From NCBI GenBank assembly GCA_964592825.1, contig CAZQJR010000016.1, positions 1 through 38,821 of the forward strand: a stretch of DNA of 38,821 nt. Reading direction: 5' to 3'. The notes under the pieces are model-generated. The model saw only the letters and a list, made by a program, of their open reading frames with translations, ran no database searches and had not been told where the DNA came from. The position numbers were made by a program, and so were the translations under genes. Shown piece by piece: positions 32,744-38,821 of the stretch (positions are counted from its first letter, which is position 1; every line of letters begins with the position of its first letter). This DNA comes from an uncultured archaeon. GTDB taxonomy: Archaea; Halobacteriota; Archaeoglobi; Archaeoglobales; Archaeoglobaceae.

Positions 32744-34435
32744 ATGAAGTTCGACGTCGTCATAGTTGGAGCGGGCTTGGCTGGGATGCGTGCGGCGATA
32801 GCGATAGCGGAGAAGAGGAGAGACGTCAGCGTCGCGATGATATCGAAGACGTATCCGATCAGGTGCCACAGCGTTTGCGCTGAAGGGGGAACGGCTGCGG
32901 TTTTGGACGAAAGGGATAGCTTCGATCTCCACGCGTGGGATACGGTAAAGGGATCCGACTTCTTGGCCGATCAGGATGCGGTCGAGTTCTTCGTTAGGGA
33001 GTGTCCGAAGGAGATTCTCACGTTGGACGCATGGGGATGTCCTTGGAGCAGAACTCCGGACGGCAGAATAGCCCAAAGGCCTTTCGGAGGGCATTCTTTC
33101 AACAGAACGGTCTTTGCAATGGACAGAACTGGGTTTCACGAGGTTCACACGCTCTACGAAAGGACGCTGATGTTCCCCAACATCGAGAGGTTCAACGAGT
33201 ACTTTCTGACGAATCTAATCGTCGAAGATAACGCCGTCAAGGGAGTTACCGCAATAGAGCTCAAGACGGGCGAGCTCGTGCTGTTCGAGGCTAAGGCGGT
33301 GATACTCGCAACTGGAGGGGCGGGAAGGATATACGGATTCACGACCTACAGCCACACCGTAACCGGAGATGGAATGGCGGTGGCGTATAGGTGTGGTGTT
33401 CCACTCAAAGACATGGAGTTCTTTCAGTTTCATCCCACAGGACTCGTCCCATCCGGAATCCTGATGACGGAAGCTTGCAGGGGTGAAGGGGGGTATCTGC
33501 TCAACAGGAACGGAGAGAGGTTCATGAAGAGGTATGCTCCAGAGAGAATGGAGTTGGCTCCGAGGGATGTCGTTGCGAGAGCTATGTGGAAGGAGATCGT
33601 TGAGGGAAGAGGGTTTGAGGGAGATTACGGCCCATATATAGCCTTAGATCTCACCCATTTGGGGGAGGAGAAGATAGAGGAAAGATTGCCCCTGATCAGG
33701 GAGACCGCGATGAAGTTCGCCGGAATAGATCCTGTTGAAGAACCTATTCCGGTTAGGCCGGTCGCTCACTACACGATGGGCGGGATCCACACGAACGTCA
33801 ACTGCGAGACGCCGATAAAGGGGTTGTTCGCTTGTGGGGAAGTTGCGTGCATAAGCGTCCACGGTGCGAACAGATTGGGTTCGAATTCAACGGCTGAGTG
33901 CCTCGTTTTCGGAAGGGTTGCCGGGGAGAAGGCATTGGAATACGTTCTCAAGAGGGATTTCAAGGGAGTGAGCAGGAAGGAGTTCGAGAGAGAGGAGAGC
34001 AGAATTTTCGACGAGCTCTTGGGGAGGAGCGGGGATGAAAGCCCCTACGCTATAAAGAGAGAGCTCAACGAAACCATGGACAAAAACCTCTGGATATTCA
34101 GGGAGGAGAGGGGGATGAAGGAGGCGGTGAAGAAGATCAGGGAGTTGAAGGAGCGATACAAGAACGTGGAAGTGGTTGACAAACACAGGGGGTTCAACAC
34201 CGATCTTATTCAAACGCTCGAAATTGGATACATGCTTGATTTAGCAGAGGTTGTAGCTATATGTGCCTTGCTGAGGCAGGAGAGCAGGGGGGCTCATTAC
34301 AGGCTCGATTATCCGAAGAGGGACGACGAAAATTGGCTGAAGCACTCCTTAGCCTACAACACTGCAGACGGTGTTAAGGTGGATTATCTGCCCGTCACGA
34401 TAACGAAGTGGAAGCCGACGGAGAGGAGGTATTGA
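32744..34435 (+). CDS. sdhA: Succinate dehydrogenase / fumarate reductase flavoprotein subunit
   Basis: FAD fold DVVIVGAGLAGMRAA, RCHSVCAEGG (His for covalent FAD), HPTG, RGEGG, ESRGAHYR. Confidence 0.92.
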   Translation: MKFDVVIVGAGLAGMRAAIAIAEKRRDVSVAMISKTYPIRCHSVCAEGGTAAVLDERDSFDLHAWDTVKGSDFLADQDAVEFFVRECPKEILTLDAWGCPWSRTPDGRIAQRPFGGHSFNRTVFAMDRTGFHEVHTLYERTLMFPNIERFNEYFLTNLIVEDNAVKGVTAIELKTGELVLFEAKAVILATGGAGRIYGFTTYSHTVTGDGMAVAYRCGVPLKDMEFFQFHPTGLVPSGILMTEACRGEGGYLLNRNGERFMKRYAPERMELAPRDVVARAMWKEIVEGRGFEGDYGPYIALDLTHLGEEKIEERLPLIRETAMKFAGIDPVEEPIPVRPVAHYTMGGIHTNVNCETPIKGLFACGEVACISVHGANRLGSNSTAECLVFGRVAGEKALEYVLKRDFKGVSRKEFEREESRIFDELLGRSGDESPYAIKRELNETMDKNLWIFREERGMKEAVKKIRELKERYKNVEVVDKHRGFNTDLIQTLEIGYMLDLAEVVAICALLRQESRGAHYRLDYPKRDDENWLKHSLAYNTADGVKVDYLPVTITKWKPTERRY

Positions 34436-34436
34436 T

Positions 34437-35102
34437 ATGAGGTTCAAGATCAGGCGTTTCGACGGGGAGAGGAGCTACTGGCAGGAATTCGATGTGCCGG
34501 TGAAGAGGGGGATGACCGTGCTTGAGTGCCTTTACTACATAAAGGAGAACCTCGACTCCACTCTCAGCTTCAGGGCTTCGTGCAGAATGGGTGTTTGCGG
34601 GAGTTGTGCCGTTCGGATCAACGGAAAACCCATGCTGGCCTGTGAAACGCAGGCTTTCAAGCTGAAGGAGCCCGTGAAGATAGAGCCCTTAAAGAACTTC
34701 AACGTCATAAGGGATCTCGTAACGGATTTCGAGGGCTTCTTCAAGAAGCACGAGATAGTGAAACCCTATCTGATAAGGAAGAGTGAAGGGGAGATAAGGC
34801 AGACGCCTGAACAGCTGAAGAGATACTACATCTATACCCTCTGCGTAAAGTGCGGTGCTTGCGTGTCAGCATGTCCCGTAGCTAAGAACAGCTTGGGGCC
34901 CATGCCAATCGTTTCCGCTTACAGGTTCAACGAAGACAGCAGGGATGAGGGGAAGGAGGAGAGACTGAAGATTTTGAGCGACCACGTATGGCACTGCCAC
35001 TTCGTTGCGGAATGCAGCGAGGTCTGTCCTAAGAACCTCAATCCAGCGGAGGTAATTCAGAGGCTAAGGCTTGAGGTTTTGAAGTTCAACGTGAGGTGGT
35101 AA
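34437..35102 (+). CDS. sdhB: Succinate dehydrogenase / fumarate reductase iron-sulfur subunit
   Basis: SCRMGVCGSCAVRING (2Fe-2S), CVKCGACVSACP (4Fe-4S), CHFVAECSEVCPK (3Fe-4S). Confidence 0.92.
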   Translation: MRFKIRRFDGERSYWQEFDVPVKRGMTVLECLYYIKENLDSTLSFRASCRMGVCGSCAVRINGKPMLACETQAFKLKEPVKIEPLKNFNVIRDLVTDFEGFFKKHEIVKPYLIRKSEGEIRQTPEQLKRYYIYTLCVKCGACVSACPVAKNSLGPMPIVSAYRFNEDSRDEGKEERLKILSDHVWHCHFVAECSEVCPKNLNPAEVIQRLRLEVLKFNVRW

Positions 35103-35103
35103 C

Positions 35104-35424
35104 ATGCGCCTCAACACGATGGCCTTCTACCTTCACAGGATAACGGGAGTAATACTGGCGATCTACCTCTGCGTGCACCTATGCTTTCTAACCACCGTCA
35201 AAACCGGGCAGTATTCGAGCCTGATCAAGGTGACGCTCTCAAGGCAGTTTCTTCCGTTCGACCTCATGCTCTTCCTGATCGGGATATATCACGGCGTAAA
35301 CGGAGTTAGGCTGATAATACACGAGTTCGGCTTTCTTTATAGGCATAGGAAGGTTCTGCTCTATTTGACTTTCGCGATAGTCCTGACGCTATGGATCGCA
35401 GTTGCGTGGGAGGTGATGAGGTGA
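35104..35424 (+). CDS. sdhC: Succinate dehydrogenase membrane anchor subunit (SdhC-like)
   Basis: 106-aa, 3-TM protein with LHRITGV and YHGVNGVR (haem-ligand-like His). Directly follows sdhB. Confidence 0.7.
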   Translation: MRLNTMAFYLHRITGVILAIYLCVHLCFLTTVKTGQYSSLIKVTLSRQFLPFDLMLFLIGIYHGVNGVRLIIHEFGFLYRHRKVLLYLTFAIVLTLWIAVAWEVMR

Positions 35425-35717
35425 AGGGGTTGGGTTGGCTCATGCAACTCCTGACGGGTTTAGCTTTAACCTTCCTCGTCGCCTACCACTTCCTGATCAC
35501 ACACATCTTTGGCTCTCTCCAGCTGAACGAAGTCGTTGCGAGATTTCACGAGCTAAAGGCCTTCTACGCGGTTCTGCTCGTCGTTGTGACCTTCCACGCC
35601 TTCAACGGTCTGAGCGTTATAGCGGAGGAGATCGGAAGGGGCAGGCTCGCGAAGGCCTTCTACGTCGTAATGGCAGTCGTTATGGCGTACGGTCTCTTGC
35701 TACTCCTCTCAGTTTAG
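35391..35717 (+). CDS. sdhD: Succinate dehydrogenase second membrane anchor subunit (SdhD-like)
   Basis: Hydrophobic 3-TM ORF with FHAFNGL. The likely true start is GTG at 35421, overlapping the sdhC stop (GTGA), which gives 98 aa. Confidence 0.65.
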   Translation: MDRSCVGGDEVKGLGWLMQLLTGLALTFLVAYHFLITHIFGSLQLNEVVARFHELKAFYAVLLVVVTFHAFNGLSVIAEEIGRGRLAKAFYVVMAVVMAYGLLLLLSV

Positions 35718-35725
35718 GTGAGGCC

Positions 35726-35998
35726 ATGGAGGAGGAGTTGAGGAGGGAAACCCTCAAGTGGTTGGAGAGGTTGGAGGAAAGGCTTGATGGGGTTGAACAC
35801 GCGAACGAGAAGGGGAGGGAATTCCTGAACAACATAAGGGCGTACCTGTCGGATTCAAAATACTTCCTATCTAAGGGAGATTTGATCAGAGCGTTCGAGT
35901 GCGTTGTCTGGGCGTGGGCTTGGTTCGAGATAGGCATGGACTTGGGACTCATCCGATCTCGATCTCGAGCCCGTTCCGATCCGCTCGGACGAACTTGA
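35726..35998 (+). CDS. DUF357-family small archaeal protein
   Basis: ATG 35726. NIRAYLSDSKYFLSKGDLIRAFECVVWAWAWFEIGMDLGLI matches the conserved DUF357 pattern (AYxxDsxxFxxxGDxxxAfxxxxYAxGwLDxGxxLG). Confidence 0.6.
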   Translation: MEEELRRETLKWLERLEERLDGVEHANEKGREFLNNIRAYLSDSKYFLSKGDLIRAFECVVWAWAWFEIGMDLGLIRSRSRARSDPLGRT

Positions 35999-36224
35999 CC
36001 CTTCTCCCTATCTCGAACCTCACCTTGTCCGATATCCTTTCTGAAGGCAGCCCGAGGGAGGAGAATATGTATCCCATCAGTAGGGAGCTGTTGACGAAGA
36101 ACAACCCTGCCAGACCCATGTTAAGGAATATCCTGAAGTTCTCCTCACCCATCCTCTTGTCGTAACCCCTCTCCCTAAGCCACCGCTCGAACTCCTCCAT
36201 GGTGAGGGTTATCCTTTTGCCCAT
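35949..36224 (-). CDS. Hypothetical small protein (one hydrophobic segment)
   Basis: 91-aa ORF with core-like codon usage and no recognised family. Its 3' end overlaps the DUF357 gene by 50 nt (convergent). Confidence 0.4.
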   Translation of the reverse strand: MGKRITLTMEEFERWLRERGYDKRMGEENFRIFLNMGLAGLFFVNSSLLMGYIFSSLGLPSERISDKVRFEIGRRVKFVRADRNGLEIEIG

Positions 36225-36261
36225 GCGAAACGTTCAACTTAGAGTAAATTAAGGTTGGTGC

Positions 36262-37239
36262 GTGAGGGGGGTTCTGATAACCGAAGACGGTGATGTCTTA
36301 AGGGGAGAGTTGATCGTGGAGGAAGGGGAAGTGGTGTTCGAGGAAAGGGAGTGCGAGCCGGAATACGTCTTCTCCCCAACTTTCTTCAACGCCCACACGC
36401 ATTTGGGGGATTCCGTCGCCAAGGATCCACCGTTTCTCGATCTGGAGGAGCTCGTGGGGCCGGGAGGTTACAAGTTCAGGGTGCTGAGCGAGGCGGGAGA
36501 GGAAGAGGTTGTTAGAGCTATAAGGGGGTCGATAGGGATCGCACTTGAGAGCGGAACAGCAACTATCCTCGACTTCAGGGAGGGAGGGAGTTTCGGTCTG
36601 AAACTGCTTGAGAGGGCGGACGAGGTTCGTATCTGTAAGCCGTTGGCGAGACCGTCGAATCTTGAGGAGGCGGAGGAGCTCGTGGAGAGGGCAATCGGTT
36701 TCGGAATGAGCTCGACGAGAGATCACGACATGAGGTTTTTGGAGGAGCTCAGGGAGATGACGAGGAGAAAGGGTAAGATTTTTGCGATTCACGCCGGGGA
36801 GAGGGATAACGAAGACGTTGAGGCTGCTTTGGCTCTCGAACCGGATCTGCTCGTTCACATGAACATGGCGGGGGATAGGTTTCTTAGAATGGCGATGGAC
36901 GAGGGAATTCCGATAGTGTCCTGCATCCGCTCCAACGCCTTCTTCGGCCTAACGAATCCCAAGAATTACGGAATTTTGGCGGAGTACGATCGATGGCTCT
37001 TGGGAACCGACAACGTCATGATAGCCAAGCCCTCGATGCTCGAAGAGATGCACTTCGCGTCGCTCGTGGTCAGAAACGATTTGGCCGTGTTCTCAGCAAG
37101 CGTTAGGGGTTTCGAGATATTCGGGGGTAGGAGGGGTTACGTAATCTTCCACATGCGCAAGAACTTCGCGAAATCGAAGAACCTATTGGCGACGCTCGTT
37201 AGGAGAGCGGGGGTGGAGGACATCATAGCAGTTCGTTAA
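36262..37239 (+). CDS. Amidohydrolase-superfamily protein (chlorohydrolase/deaminase-like)
   Basis: FFNAHTHLGDS (HxH metal motif), later IHAGE and LVHMN. 325 aa with a GTG start. Confidence 0.65.
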   Translation: MRGVLITEDGDVLRGELIVEEGEVVFEERECEPEYVFSPTFFNAHTHLGDSVAKDPPFLDLEELVGPGGYKFRVLSEAGEEEVVRAIRGSIGIALESGTATILDFREGGSFGLKLLERADEVRICKPLARPSNLEEAEELVERAIGFGMSSTRDHDMRFLEELREMTRRKGKIFAIHAGERDNEDVEAALALEPDLLVHMNMAGDRFLRMAMDEGIPIVSCIRSNAFFGLTNPKNYGILAEYDRWLLGTDNVMIAKPSMLEEMHFASLVVRNDLAVFSASVRGFEIFGGRRGYVIFHMRKNFAKSKNLLATLVRRAGVEDIIAVR

Positions 37240-38185
37240 GACGTAAAAGCACGTCCCTCGCGAGTTCTATCTCCCTCAAAGCTATCCTTTCCCTTTCCGT
37301 ATGGCAGAGATGCAACTCTCCCGGCCCAAACACCACCACATCCCACCCCGCCTTTTTCAAGTTTATCGCGTCCGTCCACGATGGCATGTGTCCAAATTCC
37401 GGCTTGATTCCCGTCGATTCGATGGCCGACCGGAGGATTTCGGTCACTTCCCCGCTTACGAAACCCCTGTCCTTTTCGAGAACCTCGTACCTTCCCAAAA
37501 TCCCACTTATCCTCCCCAAAAGCTCGTCTGGATCGATTTCGGGTGGGAACGTCATGTCTATTCTCACCTCACAGCTGTCCGGAACCGCATACTCGTCCCA
37601 ACCGCCCACGATCTTTTGAACGAGCATCCTTATCCCCATCTCCCTTAACCTCGTCACCGCATCGATCGCAAGATCTATCGCGTTCACGCCGAACTCCGGA
37701 GTTGCCCCGTGGGCCGATACACCATCGAACCTTGCGAGTATCTCCAAACAACCGTAATGTACATTTGCGATCTTCAACGAAGTGGGCTCCATGACTATCG
37801 CCTTCGCGGGCTTGAAGCTCTCAACGAACAACCTCGATCCCCTACCCCCCTCCTCCTCATCCGAAAGCAACGCAACTCCGAACTTCGGATCTTCCAGCAC
37901 CTCCACGGCTGATAGTATGGCCACCACGCTACCCTTCGTATCGCATACTCCAGTTCCATAAGCGTAAACGCCGTCGAACTCGAAACCCCTCTTCATCGGA
38001 ACCGTGTCGATGTGCGTTACTATCCACAACTCCGCTTCGGGGTTCATCACGAGATTCCTAATTCCATAACCCTCCAAAACCTCGAACCCTTCGTACCTAC
38101 TCATTATGAAATCTATCAGCCTGTCCTCCTTTCCCGACGGTGATGGAATCTCCACGAGGGACTTCAAGAGCTCGAGCATCATCAA
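37223..38185 (-). CDS. M20-family metallohydrolase (ArgE/DapE/LysK-like deacylase)
   Basis: LLKSLVEIPSPSGKE, THIDTVP, GTGVCDTKGS, SDEEEGG; about 320 aa as in the short archaeal LysK/ArgE type. Confidence 0.75.
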   Translation of the reverse strand: MMMLELLKSLVEIPSPSGKEDRLIDFIMSRYEGFEVLEGYGIRNLVMNPEAELWIVTHIDTVPMKRGFEFDGVYAYGTGVCDTKGSVVAILSAVEVLEDPKFGVALLSDEEEGGRGSRLFVESFKPAKAIVMEPTSLKIANVHYGCLEILARFDGVSAHGATPEFGVNAIDLAIDAVTRLREMGIRMLVQKIVGGWDEYAVPDSCEVRIDMTFPPEIDPDELLGRISGILGRYEVLEKDRGFVSGEVTEILRSAIESTGIKPEFGHMPSWTDAINLKKAGWDVVVFGPGELHLCHTERERIALREIELARDVLLRLNELL

Positions 38186-38220
38186 AGCTTAAAAGACGAA
38201 GATAAAAATGTTGATGCGTA

Positions 38221-38682
38221 ATGTACATCAGGAACGTCGTGGAAGATGACATGGACAGCTTCGTGAAGATATACAAGGACGCGTACAGGGGGCTTGAGGA
38301 GTACGCGTATACTAAAACGAAGGACATAAAGTCATACTTTAGATGGCTGATGAACAGGGATAGGAAAGGATTCTTCGTCGCCGAGATCGATGGGAGGCCA
38401 GTCGGATTCGTCGCATGTGATTCGAACTGGTTTAGCTTTTTCGAGAACGAAGAGGTGGGAGAAATTCACGAGATTTTCGTGCATCCAAAATGGCAGGGAA
38501 GGGGCATAGGATCTGCGCTACTGCTCAGGGCCTTGAGGTACGCGAAGGAGAGGGGTAGAAGAAAGGTGGGGCTTTGGGTCGGGGTGGGAAACGTGAGAGC
38601 AAGAAGATTCTACGAGAAGTTCGGGTTTGAGGAGAGGGGAACATGGGGTAGATGGGTGAGGATGGTAAAGTCAGACGTCTAA
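38221..38682 (+). CDS. GNAT-family N-acetyltransferase
   Basis: Acetyl-CoA motif [22 protein letters not shown], and RRFYEKFGF. Confidence 0.85.
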   Translation: MYIRNVVEDDMDSFVKIYKDAYRGLEEYAYTKTKDIKSYFRWLMNRDRKGFFVAEIDGRPVGFVACDSNWFSFFENEEVGEIHEIFVHPKWQGRGIGSALLLRALRYAKERGRRKVGLWVGVGNVRARRFYEKFGFEERGTWGRWVRMVKSDV

Positions 38683-38821
38683 GTTCTTTACCTCTTTGGA
38701 ATGCCTCACTATGAACTCCCTCCTCGCCTCCACGTCCTCCCCCATCAGAACGCTGAACAACTCCTCCGCCCTTAGGGCGTCCTCTATCGTTACCTGAACG
38801 AGTATCCTTCTCTCGGGATCC
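38671..38821 (-). CDS. gyrB: DNA gyrase subunit B, C-terminal end (partial, continues beyond the window)
   Basis: The minus-strand translation ...[49 protein letters not shown] matches the conserved GyrB C-terminus (LMGxxVExRRxFI...NLDV). It overlaps the GNAT 3' end by 12 nt. Confidence 0.75.
   Translation of the reverse strand, partial: DPERRILVQVTIEDALRAEELFSVLMGEDVEARREFIVRHSKEVKNLDV

Noticed and set aside
32744-35717. Possibility that the flavoprotein/Fe-S pair is a soluble thiol:fumarate reductase rather than a membrane SDH/FRD
   Set aside because: Two small hydrophobic 3-TM subunits with conserved His follow directly (sdhC/D-like). That arrangement fits a classical four-subunit membrane complex. 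The direction of catalysis cannot be decided from the sequence.
35435-35725. Upstream 97 codons of the 187-aa ORF containing the DUF357 gene
   Set aside because: It overlaps the sdhD-like membrane subunit out of frame. The conserved DUF357 sequence begins at MEEELRRE (35726).
38186-38220. 35-nt divergent spacer between the M20 hydrolase and GNAT genes as a special regulatory element
   Set aside because: It is only an A-rich stretch (aaaagacgaagataaaaatg) without a palindrome or repeat. It is probably another pair of leaderless or short-leader starts, with nothing distinctive.
1-38821. CRISPR arrays, rRNA genes, transposases, integrases and IS terminal inverted repeats
   Set aside because: Scanning by eye found no regularly spaced direct repeats of 24-40 nt, no rRNA-like segments, and no DDE or tyrosine/serine recombinase-like ORFs. 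The only repeats seen are short promoter or operator-scale elements, reported separately.

Overview
This is a dense archaeal chromosomal window. I support about 50 protein genes, 3 tRNAs and one partial gene at the right edge. Gene content is euryarchaeal and looks Archaeoglobales-like, but that placement is an unverified guess: Nop5-fibrillarin, TiaS, RpoK/RpoN, L18e-L13-S9, RFC large subunit, SdhABCD, gyrase B, and PGF-CTERM sorting signals.

The core is roughly 55% G+C by spot counts. It carries two paralogous LIV-type (HAAT) amino-acid ABC transporter loci (1337-5869 and 26006-30618), hisG, a ribosomal/RNAP cluster, rfcL and malic enzyme. It also holds an RHH regulator followed by sdhABCD, and a long co-directional array: nop5-flpA-cimA/leuA-NYN-ATP-grasp-pyrF-radical SAM-thiI. 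Many junctions in that array are ATGA stop/start overlaps.

Two markedly AT-rich accessory patches interrupt the core.
- A ~1 kb islet lies between the facing 3' ends of tRNA-Gly and tRNA-Leu and holds a disrupted lipoprotein gene.
- A mosaic ~5 kb region (about 13.0-18.2 kb) holds an alkaline phosphatase with a C-terminal dockerin module and a very low-GC three-gene cassette.

That cassette is a putative PD-(D/E)XK restriction nuclease, a 52-aa AbrB/SpoVT-fold ORF absent from the ORF track, and an SPPY-type DNA methyltransferase. CCAGG-containing tandem repeats sit in front of the AbrB gene.

The best candidates for something undescribed are this R-AbrB-M cassette and the tightly coupled NYN / ATP-grasp / pyrF / atypical radical-SAM / ThiI operon. 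All calls come from reading the sequence and translations by eye. No database searches were run.
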